Shown here: in pieces, positions 45,769 to 56,294 of the stretch
How the letters are laid out: every line of letters starts with the position of its first letter
Numbering within the stretch: position 1 is the first letter of the stretch
Assembly (NCBI GenBank): GCA_029856125.1
Contig: JAHQWJ010000120.1
Location: 32,001-96,000, forward strand
DNA length: 64,000 nt
DNA from: Promethearchaeia archaeon
GTDB taxonomy: Archaea > Asgardarchaeota > Lokiarchaeia > Sigyniarchaeales > SOKP01
Direction of reading: 5' to 3'
Made by a program: the position numbers and the translations under genes
The notes under the pieces: generated by a model
Told to the model about the DNA's origin: nothing
The model's input: the letters and a program-made list of their open reading frames with translations, nothing else
The model's database searches: none

Positions 45769-46785
45769 ATGAAAGTTGCTATATTTGAGGGTAAAGAACA
45801 AATAGTAATTAAAGATGGTGTTAAACCCGAAATTAAATCCGATGAAGTATTAATTCAGGTTAAAAAAGTTGCAATATGTGGATCAGATGTCGGATCTTAT
45901 GAATCTGGAGGTCCTTACTTACCTGGAAAAATTATTGGTCATGAATTTTCGGGAATATTAGTTGAGATCGGTGAAGATGTCAAAAAGTTAAAGGAAGGAA
46001 TGAAAGTTACTGTCAATCCTCAAATTCCTTGCTATGAATGTTATTACTGTCTTCACGATCAAGAGAACATGTGTAAACTGCAGAATTTTGCATATGGTAC
46101 CACTGAAAATGGCGCTATGAGAGAATTTATTAATGTGAAGGCCGAAAGAGTTCATCTTTTACCAGATAATGTGACTTATGAGGAGGGGGCTACAGTTGAA
46201 CCTCTCTCAGTAGCTGTTTATGCTGTACAACAATCCGGATTTCAATTAGGTCAAAACGCAGCCGTCATAGGAGCCGGTCCTATAGGATTGATGATAATCC
46301 AGGTATTAAGAAGCGCAGGTGCAAATAAAATTTATGTACTTGAGCCCGTAGAATCAAAACAAAAAATCGCTATGGATCTAGGGGCTGATAAAGCATTCTT
46401 GCCAAAAGCGTGGAATAAGATTGTAAGACTTACAGATAGGTTAGGTCCAGATCATGTTTATGATTGTGTAGGTTTATCATCTACTTTTACGACAGCATTG
46501 CAATTGATTAAAAAAGGTGGAAATATTACTTTAATCGGTCTACATGCGAGTACAATCGAAGTCAATAATATTCTGTTAATGACAACTAATAACATTTCAG
46601 TAAGGGGAGTTTATGGATATAATCAGGATATTTACAAAACAGCCATAAATCTATACGCTCAGAAAAAGATAAGAGTTGATCCAATGATAACCAATCGAAT
46701 AAGATTGGAACAAGTTCCTGAGATATTTAAAGTTTTAGGGAATCCTCCTCATGACGAATTAAAAGTAATTGTCGATTTTGAATAA
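45769..46785 (+). CDS. Zn-dependent medium-chain alcohol dehydrogenase
   Basis: ICGSD, GHEFSG, structural-Zn CYECYYC-x7-C, EPLSVA, GAGPIG. Confidence 0.92.
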   Translation: MKVAIFEGKEQIVIKDGVKPEIKSDEVLIQVKKVAICGSDVGSYESGGPYLPGKIIGHEFSGILVEIGEDVKKLKEGMKVTVNPQIPCYECYYCLHDQENMCKLQNFAYGTTENGAMREFINVKAERVHLLPDNVTYEEGATVEPLSVAVYAVQQSGFQLGQNAAVIGAGPIGLMIIQVLRSAGANKIYVLEPVESKQKIAMDLGADKAFLPKAWNKIVRLTDRLGPDHVYDCVGLSSTFTTALQLIKKGGNITLIGLHASTIEVNNILLMTTNNISVRGVYGYNQDIYKTAINLYAQKKIRVDPMITNRIRLEQVPEIFKVLGNPPHDELKVIVDFE

Positions 46786-46795
46786 GTGTTAACTA

Positions 46796-46814
46796 TTTTT
46801 TTTTATTTTTTTTT
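46796..46814 (+). terminator. Oligo-T terminator candidate
   Basis: tttttttttattttttttt starting 11 nt after the ADH stop. Confidence 0.5.
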
Positions 46815-46910
46815 CATTATAACATTCTTAAAGACTTAATGACCTATTTTTACAGATTTAATTTGATGATTTTAGTAAATATTTATAAATTCATGTAACA
46901 ATAAATAAGA

Positions 46911-46931
46911 TATTCACCAATTTTGTGAATA
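46911..46931. promoter_or_regulatory. Perfect inverted repeat TATTCAC-N7-GTGAATA upstream of fadD; operator candidate
   Basis: Lies between a TTTATAAA box (~46882) and the AGAGG/ATG at 46952. Confidence 0.5.
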
Positions 46932-46951
46932 AAAATTAAGAGGTTAATCTA

Positions 46952-48679
46952 ATGGAAGTTAAAAGGAGTCCATATGATGCAAAACTATGGACGAAATCCT
47001 ATGATGAACATGTCAAACCAAATTTAGAATATCCTGAAGGGAGCCTTGGTTCCATCTTTGACGATGCGATGAAAAAATACCCCGAACGCATCGCTTGTTA
47101 TTTTATGAAGCGAGAAATGCCCTTCAAAGAGTTAAGGGAATATACACATAGATTTGCGACATTTCTACAGAAAAATGGTTTAAAAAAAGGAGATCGCGTT
47201 GCTATAAATCTAGCTAACTGTCCTCAATATTTGGCCGCACACTTTGGAACGATTTTAGCTGGTGGAGTAGCTTCTGGCTGTTCACCGCTTCTAAGCCCAA
47301 CTGAAATTGCATATCAAATAAACGATAGTGAGGCTAAATTTTTTGTTACTTTGGATGCTGTATATGAGAAAGTATTAATGAAAGTAATAGATAAGTTGCC
47401 AAATCTTAAATGCGTTGTTACGACTAACATTTCTGATTACATGGGGCTTTCAAAACCTTTAGTTTTTCTTGGTAAACTACTAGGTAAAATACCAAAAGGA
47501 AAAGTTGAACCCTATTCCGGAAAATTAATTATTGATTTCAAGGATGTAATGGAAACATCCATTGACTTACAGGATGTAGATATAAGTGGGAAAAAGGATC
47601 TTGCCCTACTTCAATATACCGGCGGAACCACAGGGTTACCTAAAGGCACAGAACTTACTCATGCTAACTTAATTAGTAACATAGTACAAGTAGCAACCTG
47701 GTTAGATAGAAGGGAAGCAAAGGAAGGCGAAAATAATTTATCTGCTTTTCCACTCTTTCATTTAGCTGGTTTAGCTATGAGTATGATAACGTTATATACT
47801 TCAGGAGGACAAATCTTAATTGCAGACCCTAGAGATACAAACCATATTATTGAAGAAATGATAGAAAAAAACCCAAAAATAATTGTGAACGTCCCAACCT
47901 TATTTTTATCAATCATGAACAACCCAAAATTAAAGGACGTACCCAAATCTACTTTCAATAATATAGATATGTATGTTTCTGGGGCTGCACCTTTTCCCGC
48001 AGAAGCAATTAGGGATTTCGAAGAATCTGTGATTGGGATTAATAAGGTATTAGAAGTTTACGGGATGACTGAGACAAGTCCAATTCTTACTATGAATCCT
48101 TTTAAAGGGAAGAAGAAAGTCGGAACTGTAGGTTTACCCGTACCTGACACTGAGTTGAGACTTGTAGATATTGAAACTGGAGAACAAGTAGAACTTGGAC
48201 AACCAGGAGAAATTATTTGTAAAGGTCCTCAAGTTACAAGAGGTTATTTTAACAAACCAGACGCAAACGCAAAGACTATTATTGATGGATGGTTTCATAC
48301 CGGTGATGTCGGTGTTATGGATGAGGATGGATTCATAACGATTGTGGATCGAACTAAAGATATGTTAATCGTAAGTGGATATAAAGTTTATAGCGTTCAT
48401 GTAGAAGATGTAATGACAAAACACCCCGATATAGAAATGGTAGCAATCATAGGTTTGAAAGATCCAGATCGCCCTGGGAGCGAAATTGTTAAAGCAGTCG
48501 TTCAACTTAAGGAAGGAGTTCAACCAACTGAAAAAGTGCAAGAAAACTTAAAAGAATATGCTGCGGAACATCTCTCAAAATATGAAAATCCAAAACAATG
48601 GGAATTCAGAGAAACATTGCCTTTAACAGCTGTAGGAAAGGTATTAAAAAGATCTCTCCGAGAAGTAGAGACAAAATAA
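46952..48679 (+). CDS. fadD: Long-chain fatty acid--CoA ligase
   Basis: YTGGTTGLPKG, YGMTETSP, GWFHTGD, DRTKDMLIVSG, VGKVL. Confidence 0.93.
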   Translation: MEVKRSPYDAKLWTKSYDEHVKPNLEYPEGSLGSIFDDAMKKYPERIACYFMKREMPFKELREYTHRFATFLQKNGLKKGDRVAINLANCPQYLAAHFGTILAGGVASGCSPLLSPTEIAYQINDSEAKFFVTLDAVYEKVLMKVIDKLPNLKCVVTTNISDYMGLSKPLVFLGKLLGKIPKGKVEPYSGKLIIDFKDVMETSIDLQDVDISGKKDLALLQYTGGTTGLPKGTELTHANLISNIVQVATWLDRREAKEGENNLSAFPLFHLAGLAMSMITLYTSGGQILIADPRDTNHIIEEMIEKNPKIIVNVPTLFLSIMNNPKLKDVPKSTFNNIDMYVSGAAPFPAEAIRDFEESVIGINKVLEVYGMTETSPILTMNPFKGKKKVGTVGLPVPDTELRLVDIETGEQVELGQPGEIICKGPQVTRGYFNKPDANAKTIIDGWFHTGDVGVMDEDGFITIVDRTKDMLIVSGYKVYSVHVEDVMTKHPDIEMVAIIGLKDPDRPGSEIVKAVVQLKEGVQPTEKVQENLKEYAAEHLSKYENPKQWEFRETLPLTAVGKVLKRSLREVETK

Positions 48680-48777
48680 GAATAAATAAATATTTTTTTT
48701 TCTCATTTTTATAAACTTTTTTTAAGGATTTTATCAAATACTTATCATTGTTATTAATTTATTTGTAAATCAAAGAG

Positions 48778-50067
48778 TTGATAAAATTGGTTATTAAAAA
48801 AGGACAAGTTCAATGTATTAACGATGAAATTCTCGAAAAACTTTCGCTAAAAACCCGTAATAAGTTTTTAAATTACAATTTGATGAGTTTTTTAAAGCCG
48901 AAGCACTTCAATTTCCTTAAACAAGCCCAAAAGTTTTTTGTGAAATTTGAAAAGGATAAAAATATAACCCATAACGAAGATTTCTACGAGTGGATACCTG
49001 AAATTGGCAAAAACGGATATATAACTCGAATGCACAAATTTGATAATCTTGGGTTAAACTTCGAGCCTTATGGGATGACTACTGAATTTATGAGAGTTTT
49101 AGCTATGGATTTCTTTGATCCACAGCTAACAATGGGTGCTGGAGCTACAGTTTTAGCCGTTAATCCATTAATGCTTCATCATGAAAATGTTGATATTCGA
49201 CTAAGAGCGTTAAAAGAATTAGTAATGGGGGAAAAAATAGGATGTATTTGCATAACAGAGCCAGAAAGAGGTTCTGATGCTGTCCATATGCTATCCACAT
49301 GTGAAGAACAAGGAGATGGAAGTTATGTTTTAAACGGGCAAAAAATATACCAAACTAATGGAAGCAAAGCAGATTGGGCTGTAGTTTATGCTGTTACCGA
49401 AAAAAATAACGGAAACACGATGGCTCAGTTTTTAGTTGATACATCTTTGGATGGTTGGTCTCATGAGCGTGTAAACATTCCATGGACTCCGAGAATACAC
49501 ATCGGTAAAGAAACCATGTCAAACCTAAAAGTTCCATCTGAATGCGTGTTAGGTATACCCGGCGAAGGCAGATCACATTTATTCGAGGGGCTTAATCTAG
49601 AACGACTGGGTATTGTTTGTTTAAATCTAGCGGAATCATGGAACGCAATCACTCACGCAGTAATATATTCTAACATGAGAAAGCAGTTCGATAAGGAAAT
49701 CTTGAAATATCAAGGAGTAGGGTTTCCTCTATCTGACTTATGGGCACAAACTATGAGTATGACACTAGCGTGTTTAAATATTTGTCAAACAATTGATGAT
49801 AAGATGGAGCAATTAGGTACATTACCAAAAGAATTTAACTTAGCACTGGCTGCTACTGCATCTCAAATGAAATTTCTTAGCACAAAACTATGTGAACGAG
49901 TGGTTTATGAATGTGCTAACCTAATGGGTGGAGCTGGAGTTTGTGATAACACATTAATGCATGATCTTTTAGGAATTACCCGGATTCAAGAGATAGGTGG
50001 TGGAACGAGACAAGTACAACAATATATCATGAGTTTAACGCTGAGACAGTTATTTAAACTGCTTTAA
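48778..50067 (+). CDS. Acyl-CoA dehydrogenase
   Basis: CITEPERGSD, LNGQK.YQTNG, GLNLERL, RKQF, MGGAG, EIGGGT; start uncertain. Confidence 0.9.
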   Translation: MIKLVIKKGQVQCINDEILEKLSLKTRNKFLNYNLMSFLKPKHFNFLKQAQKFFVKFEKDKNITHNEDFYEWIPEIGKNGYITRMHKFDNLGLNFEPYGMTTEFMRVLAMDFFDPQLTMGAGATVLAVNPLMLHHENVDIRLRALKELVMGEKIGCICITEPERGSDAVHMLSTCEEQGDGSYVLNGQKIYQTNGSKADWAVVYAVTEKNNGNTMAQFLVDTSLDGWSHERVNIPWTPRIHIGKETMSNLKVPSECVLGIPGEGRSHLFEGLNLERLGIVCLNLAESWNAITHAVIYSNMRKQFDKEILKYQGVGFPLSDLWAQTMSMTLACLNICQTIDDKMEQLGTLPKEFNLALAATASQMKFLSTKLCERVVYECANLMGGAGVCDNTLMHDLLGITRIQEIGGGTRQVQQYIMSLTLRQLFKLL

Positions 50068-50180
50068 TGATTTCGCTTTTTAGATTAAGTATCTTTTTTT
50101 TCTTTTTTTAGTTGAAAACAATTATAAATGAGTAAATCAAACTCTGTATATATTCAAATTAAGGTAGTTGAGTTTTAATT

Positions 50181-51008
50181 ATGAAAATCGAAGAATTTCA
50201 AGATATTCTTTATGAGAAAGAAGAAAACGGGATTTGCACTATTACTTTTAATAGGCCAGAAAGAAGAAATGCACTATCATATGTAACCTTTCTAGAAATA
50301 CGTACAGCTTTAGATGATATGGAAAAAGATAAGAACGCTTGTGTTTTAATTATGACTGGCTCTCCGGAGGGTAGAGCATTTTCTTCGGGAGGATATTTTA
50401 ACATGAAAATGGTGACTCAAATTCCAGAAGAAATTATGAAGGATATTGATTTAATGGATATCGCTCAAAAAAAAACTTGTATGAAATTATGGAATTTTAA
50501 TAAACCTGTGATAGCTGCTATAAATGGGTTAGCTCTAGGGGCAGGTTTCACAATGCCTCTGGCGGGTGCTGATTTAATTTATATGGCTGATGATTCTGAA
50601 ACTTATTTAGGGTTGATATTTGTTAAACGTGCAATAATACCTGAGTTTGGACTTTCTTTCTTACTTCCGTTTTATGTTGGATTCCAGAAAGCTAAGGAAA
50701 TATTATATTTTGGCGAAAAAATCTACGCTAAAGAGGCCGAAAAATTAGGATTGATTACTAAATCAGTACCTCCTGAAGAATTGATAGCTGTTGTAAGAGA
50801 AAAAGCCGAAAGATTAGTACCACCAAAAGGACCAAGTACTGCTTTAAAATTAATGAAGAAAACTATGCATGACTACTTCAGAGACATACTGTCAAACACA
50901 CTCGATAAAGAAAATGAAGCTCTTCAAGCAGCTTTTAAAACACACGATTTTAGGGAATCTACAAAGTCTTTAAAAGAAAAAAGAGATCCAATTTTTAAGG
51001 GAAAATGA
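50181..51008 (+). CDS. Crotonase-family protein, possibly delta3,delta2-enoyl-CoA isomerase type
   Basis: AFSSGG, KPVIAAING.A.GAG; hydratase glutamates absent, Glu in IIPEFG at the ECI2/PaaG-type position. Confidence 0.85.
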   Translation: MKIEEFQDILYEKEENGICTITFNRPERRNALSYVTFLEIRTALDDMEKDKNACVLIMTGSPEGRAFSSGGYFNMKMVTQIPEEIMKDIDLMDIAQKKTCMKLWNFNKPVIAAINGLALGAGFTMPLAGADLIYMADDSETYLGLIFVKRAIIPEFGLSFLLPFYVGFQKAKEILYFGEKIYAKEAEKLGLITKSVPPEELIAVVREKAERLVPPKGPSTALKLMKKTMHDYFRDILSNTLDKENEALQAAFKTHDFRESTKSLKEKRDPIFKGK

Positions 51009-51051
51009 AGTAAATTAATACAACTACAAAATAAGGCTAATTCGAAATAAA

Positions 51052-52572
51052 ATGACAGATCAAAAAATCGGATTTGACAACGAGAAATATCTAAAAGAAC
51101 AATCAAAGAGCATCTTAGATCGAGCAGCTCAATTTGGGAATAAATTATACCTTGAATTTGGCGGAAAGCTTGTATATGATTACCACGCTTCAAGAGTTCT
51201 CCCAGGATTCGATCCAAATGTAAAAATGAAGCTTCTAAAGGTGCTTAAAGATAAAATTGAGGTTATCATTTGTATATATTCCGGAGATATAGAAAGAAGA
51301 AAGATCCGAGCAGATTTTGGCATAACTTATGACATAAATGCAATGAAATTAATCGATGATCTTCGAGATGGAGAAATTAACGTAAGTGGAGTGGTTGTTA
51401 CACGATACAACGGCCAACAAGTAGTAAAACAATTCATGAATAAACTAGAACGTCGTAATATTCCAGTTTATACGCATAAGTTGATTAGGGGATATCCAAC
51501 TAACATCGATCTAATTATAAGTGAAGAAGGTTATGGTATTAATCCTTACATCGAAACCTCCAAGCCTATAATAATAGTTACTGCACCCGGTCCTGGTAGT
51601 GGAAAACTTGCAACATGCCTTTCCCAAATATATCACGAACATACGAAAGGGATCGATGCGGGTTATGCTAAATTTGAGACATTTCCAATTTGGAATTTAC
51701 CATTAAAACACCCAGTAAATATGGCGTATGAATCTGCAACTGCTGACCTTGGTGATTTTAATCAAGTAGATCCATTTCATCTTGAAGCTTATAATATAAA
51801 AGCAGTTAACTATAACAGAGATGTAGAGATTTTTCCAGTAGTTAAAAAAATAATGCAAAAAATTATGGATAACAAATTAGTCTATAAATCACCTACAGAT
51901 ATGGGCGTTAACAGAGCAGGTTTTGCTATAAACAACGATGATCTGGTACAACAGGCCGCAAAACAGGAACTCATCAGAAGATATCTAAGATATAGTTGCG
52001 AATATATGATGGGTGTCTCAGATAGTAACACAGTTCAACGAGCGGAATTGTTGATGAAAGAACTAAATCTCACAGTACTCGATCGTAAAGTTGTAAATGA
52101 GGCTCGACAGGCATCTATTGCGGCTAAAAGTAAAGGAAAAGGAAACGAAGGTGTATTCGCTGGAGCTGCATTGCAATTGGCTGATGGAAAAATTATAACT
52201 GGTAGCAATTCTCCTTTACTCCATGCGGCTTCAAGTTTAATCCTCAATACAATCAAAATATTGGCGGGTATTCCTAAAAATATACATCTTTTAGCCCCCA
52301 ATATTTTAGAATCCATTAGTTATTTAAAATCGGAAATTTTCAATAACAAACGATTAAGTCTCAATCTTGAAGAAACTCTAATAACTTTAAGTATCAGTGC
52401 TGATTTCAACCATTCTGCTAAAGTAGCCATAGACAAACTTAAAGAATTAAATGGATGTGAAATGCACTCGACTCATATACCTACTCCTGGAGATGAAGCT
52501 GGCTTGAGGCGATTAGGTCTTAATATAACATCTGATCCAAACTTTTCATCGAAAAGTCTATTTATAACCTAA
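51052..52572 (+). CDS. DUF1846 / UPF0371 family protein
   Basis: GFDNEKYL.EQS..I, KLYLEFGGKL..D.HASRVLPGF, TAPGPGSGKLATCLSQ, YAKFETFPIWN, SPTDMGVN. Confidence 0.93.
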   Translation: MTDQKIGFDNEKYLKEQSKSILDRAAQFGNKLYLEFGGKLVYDYHASRVLPGFDPNVKMKLLKVLKDKIEVIICIYSGDIERRKIRADFGITYDINAMKLIDDLRDGEINVSGVVVTRYNGQQVVKQFMNKLERRNIPVYTHKLIRGYPTNIDLIISEEGYGINPYIETSKPIIIVTAPGPGSGKLATCLSQIYHEHTKGIDAGYAKFETFPIWNLPLKHPVNMAYESATADLGDFNQVDPFHLEAYNIKAVNYNRDVEIFPVVKKIMQKIMDNKLVYKSPTDMGVNRAGFAINNDDLVQQAAKQELIRRYLRYSCEYMMGVSDSNTVQRAELLMKELNLTVLDRKVVNEARQASIAAKSKGKGNEGVFAGAALQLADGKIITGSNSPLLHAASSLILNTIKILAGIPKNIHLLAPNILESISYLKSEIFNNKRLSLNLEETLITLSISADFNHSAKVAIDKLKELNGCEMHSTHIPTPGDEAGLRRLGLNITSDPNFSSKSLFIT

Positions 52573-52674
52573 CCATTTTAATCTCGAAATTCTTATTAAA
52601 TGTGTTTGCTATTTACTATTTTTATAATGAAAATATAATTATTTTTAATACTATCAGAGAAGAGTAATATCAAA

Positions 52675-54369
52675 TTGGCAGATAAGAGTAATGGTAATAC
52701 GCGATTTATATTCGTTACAGGAGGTGTAATGTCGGCTGTAGGAAAAGGTGTAGCTACAGCAAGTTTAGGAAAAATACTCCAATTTCGGGGATTCAATATC
52801 TCTGTAGTTAAAATTGATCCTTACCTTAATGTAGATCCTGGAACACTTAATCCAATAGAGCATGGAGAATGTTTTATAACCGAAGATGTATGGGACTTTA
52901 CACCTGTCATTGGATCTGACGAAAGATCGTATAGAATCTCTGAAATAGACCAAGACTTCGGAACATATTCTCGATTCCTTGGTATTGAGATGCATCCTTC
53001 TCATAATATTACCTCTGGGCAAATTTATCTTTCTACAATTTTAAGGGAGAGAAAAGGTAAATTTTTAGGGAAAACAGTGCAATTAATTCCTCACGTAACT
53101 AACATAATTAAAGAAAGGTTAATGGAGATATCCAAAAATGAAAATTTAGATGTTTTACTGATCGAATGTGGGGGGACCGTGGGAGATTTAGAATCAAGTA
53201 TCTTTCTAGAAGCTTTTAGGCAAATTAAGTTGGAATTTCCTAAACGTACTGCCTTAGTTCATGTAACTCTTGTCCCTTATTCTCGCGCAGTTGGTCAACA
53301 AAAATCGAAACCAACTCAACACTCTGTCAGAATGCTTCAGAGTGTGGGACTTCAACCTGACATAATAATTGGAAGGAGTGAAAAACCGCTTGCTGACGAT
53401 ATAAAGTCAAAAATATCCCTCTATTCGAATGTTCCAGAAGCTGCAGTAATTTCGAATCCTGATTTACAAGTTGTGTATGAGTTACCTTTATTATTTGAGG
53501 AACAAGGTTTAGGTGATTTTCTTTGTGAGCTAATAGATTTAAAAGCTAAGCTGGTGTCGTATAGTGAGGTTAATAATTATTCCGAATGGCTGAAAATGGT
53601 TGAGATGTATAAAAATGCTGACGATCGGGTGAAGATAGCAATGCCTGGTAAATATTTTAATATATCTGACTCATATATTTCGATAAATGATGCTTTAGAG
53701 CACGCTGCAGTTCATCAAGGGTATAAAACTGAATTAAAGATGATTAACATAGCTGAAGATACTAACATTTACGAAGAGTTGAAAGATTGTGACGGTATTT
53801 TATTAACCCCCGGTTTTGGAGGGCGCGCAGTTGAAGGGATGATAAAATCTGCGGAATACGCAATGGAAAACAAAGTTCCATTTTTGGGAATTTGTTTTGG
53901 AGCGCAATTATTCTTTGCGGCATTTTGTAGAAAATACCTTGGGCTGAAAGGAGCTAATTCAACAGAAATCGATTCTAATACGCCTTATCCTGTAGTGGAT
54001 CTTTTATCCAGCCAACAGGATGTTACTGAAAAAGGGGGGACAATGCGCTTAGGGGCTCAAAAAATTATTGTTAACGAAAAAACAAAGCTCTATGATGCTT
54101 ATCAGCAAAAGGAAATATATGAGCGGTTTAGACACAGGTATCATATCCAAGAGCGATATATCGATCAAAAAGCAAAAGAGAACGGATTAATTGTATCCAG
54201 TAGAGACGAAACTGGAAAAATAATTAATAGTATCGAATTAGACAGAGCAGATCATTGGATGATTGGAACTCAATTTCATCCAGAATTCAAATCTAGACCC
54301 TACGCTCCTTCTAAGGTGTATTACGATTTTATCAAAGCTTGTGCGACATATAAAAATAAAAGAAAATAG
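52675..54369 (+). CDS. pyrG: CTP synthase
   Basis: FVTGGVMSAVGKG, KIDPYLNVDPGT, KSKPTQHSV, PGFG.R, GICFG.Q, GGTMRLG, QFHPEFKSRP. Confidence 0.97.
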   Translation: MADKSNGNTRFIFVTGGVMSAVGKGVATASLGKILQFRGFNISVVKIDPYLNVDPGTLNPIEHGECFITEDVWDFTPVIGSDERSYRISEIDQDFGTYSRFLGIEMHPSHNITSGQIYLSTILRERKGKFLGKTVQLIPHVTNIIKERLMEISKNENLDVLLIECGGTVGDLESSIFLEAFRQIKLEFPKRTALVHVTLVPYSRAVGQQKSKPTQHSVRMLQSVGLQPDIIIGRSEKPLADDIKSKISLYSNVPEAAVISNPDLQVVYELPLLFEEQGLGDFLCELIDLKAKLVSYSEVNNYSEWLKMVEMYKNADDRVKIAMPGKYFNISDSYISINDALEHAAVHQGYKTELKMINIAEDTNIYEELKDCDGILLTPGFGGRAVEGMIKSAEYAMENKVPFLGICFGAQLFFAAFCRKYLGLKGANSTEIDSNTPYPVVDLLSSQQDVTEKGGTMRLGAQKIIVNEKTKLYDAYQQKEIYERFRHRYHIQERYIDQKAKENGLIVSSRDETGKIINSIELDRADHWMIGTQFHPEFKSRPYAPSKVYYDFIKACATYKNKRK

Positions 54370-54371
54370 AA

Positions 54372-54680
54372 TTAATCACGAATAACTAACACAGTCAGAT
54401 CTTCTAAACTTTTAATACCTCTTGGTTCAGTTTCGTTATAGGCTATATAATCGTTTTGACCTAATTCAACTTCTCCAGAAGCAGTAGGAAAAACAGCCTT
54501 TCCTTTCATTACTAAGAAAACAGCTGGATGCGATCCGTCATGAGGTTCGATTTCTAAACCTTTTTTTAAGGAAATTCGCATCACCTTAAACTTTTCTGAA
54601 ATGTAGATTTGATGTTTTGCAGGACCATCTGTCTTAAATTTCTGATTATCAAATATGTTTTTTGGCTCTAAAACACTCAC
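54372..54680 (-). CDS. Small cupin-domain protein
   Basis: SLKKG.EI.PH.......LVMKGKA.F......VELG...YI......PRGI. Confidence 0.8.
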   Translation of the reverse strand: MSVLEPKNIFDNQKFKTDGPAKHQIYISEKFKVMRISLKKGLEIEPHDGSHPAVFLVMKGKAVFPTASGEVELGQNDYIAYNETEPRGIKSLEDLTVLVIRD

Positions 54681-54842
54681 CTTTTAAGTTTAGTGTGGAT
54701 ACTTATTTTTTTTTTTTGTATTAGTGGTTTTAAAACTTCTTCTTCAGAATTATAGGATATAGGTAAGAACACGAGTACAGTTCTATTTAATAGGGTTTTG
54801 GTTTAACAACAATTAAATTACTATAAAAAAAGTAAGGAAATA

Positions 54843-56294
54843 CTATTTTAAATCAATATCGAGAATTTTTTTTATTAATTTCTTCTTTTCTGTTAGATCT
54901 GCTTGACGAGAAATCATAATTCTTTGCGCTTGTGGACTTCCTGCTCCGTGTAATGATTCCGTCCTATAACTAACAGAAGCCAAGCCCATCGTTAAATTTT
55001 CAATAAATCTTAGAACTTTATATCTATCCTCAGCGCATGTTTCTTCACTTGTATTAAGATATTTCTCAATTAAATGCCCAATTTCCTCCGATTTAAAGTC
55101 TGCTTCAGAAGGCATTGTACAAATTAACCCTCCGGCTAAATCTTCAGCAAGTCGCCCGATTTCATATGGGAAGCGAGTAACATTTAGTTTGCATACATTT
55201 GCCAAAAGCATATCCATTTCAAAATTTCCTGCTTCCCGTTGGAACCCTAACGAACTGCAAGCAATACCACAACTATATAACGTTTCGTTTAAATGGACCA
55301 TTTCCACAAGTTTATCCCGTATATGAGATGCCTTTTCGGTTCCATTGTATTCAGTAATCAACGATGCCGCACCAATGAGTACATCGCCCACACCAACTTT
55401 ACATCCGCCATAGGACTGTCGATGGAAACCAGCAAACCTATTAACTAATTTACCAGCAAACTCTATTTCTCCATTCATAAATATTTGATCATTCGGTATA
55501 TACACATTATCAAATATTACAAATATTTCTTGGCCGCCATACTTGAAATTTCCAACGTCTAATTTACCGAGTTCCATTTTTCTAGTATCACATGACTGTC
55601 TTCCATATACTAGAGTTATTCCCTTTTCATTCGTATTAACACCAAAACTTACAGCGTACTGTTCTTCACCGGGTCGTAAAGAAAGAGTGGGCATGATAAT
55701 TGCTCTATGTGAGTTTAAATATCCCGTTTGGTGGATTTTTGCACCGCGAACAATTATTCCGTCATCTCTTTCCTCGACAATATGTAAAAAAGCGTCTGGA
55801 TCAGGTTGGTCTTTAGGTCTTTTGCTTCTATCTCCTTTAGTATCTGTCATGGCTCCACCCACCATCAAATCTTGAGACTGCACTTCAATCCAATACTTTT
55901 TGAAGCGGTTATGATACTCAGTTCCATTTTTTTTATCCATTTCATAGGTTATGCTATATAACGCGTTAGCGGTGTCAAAACCTACGCACCTTTGGAAACA
56001 GCAAGCTGTCTGTTGACCCAATAGTCTCTGCATCTTTACCTTTTTAATTAAATCGTCAACAGATTGGTGAATATGAGTAAATCTGTTAATTGTGTCACCA
56101 GTTAAATGAGACGTTGTTGTCATTAAATCCTTGTACTCGTCCATCTGGGCTAATTCATAGATTTTCATAACGGTATTTATCGAAGGTTTAATGATTGGAT
56201 GGTTCCAAAATTCCTCTACTTTTTCACCAAACATATAGAGATTAACAGGATGTTGGATGCTTTTAAAATACTCTTCTGGAGTTTTTAACGTCAT
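54843..56294 (-). CDS. abfD: 4-hydroxybutyryl-CoA dehydratase / vinylacetyl-CoA isomerase
   Basis: INRFTH, CFQRC, AMTD.KGDRS, HRQSYGGCK (His/Cys cluster ligands), ESLHGAGSPQAQR. Confidence 0.93.
   Translation of the reverse strand: MTLKTPEEYFKSIQHPVNLYMFGEKVEEFWNHPIIKPSINTVMKIYELAQMDEYKDLMTTTSHLTGDTINRFTHIHQSVDDLIKKVKMQRLLGQQTACCFQRCVGFDTANALYSITYEMDKKNGTEYHNRFKKYWIEVQSQDLMVGGAMTDTKGDRSKRPKDQPDPDAFLHIVEERDDGIIVRGAKIHQTGYLNSHRAIIMPTLSLRPGEEQYAVSFGVNTNEKGITLVYGRQSCDTRKMELGKLDVGNFKYGGQEIFVIFDNVYIPNDQIFMNGEIEFAGKLVNRFAGFHRQSYGGCKVGVGDVLIGAASLITEYNGTEKASHIRDKLVEMVHLNETLYSCGIACSSLGFQREAGNFEMDMLLANVCKLNVTRFPYEIGRLAEDLAGGLICTMPSEADFKSEEIGHLIEKYLNTSEETCAEDRYKVLRFIENLTMGLASVSYRTESLHGAGSPQAQRIMISRQADLTEKKKLIKKILDIDLK

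Noticed and set aside
54843-56294. abfD plus mutase as evidence for an autotrophic 3HP/4HB or DC/4HB cycle
   Set aside because: No carboxylase or other diagnostic cycle enzymes in the window; the context is catabolic
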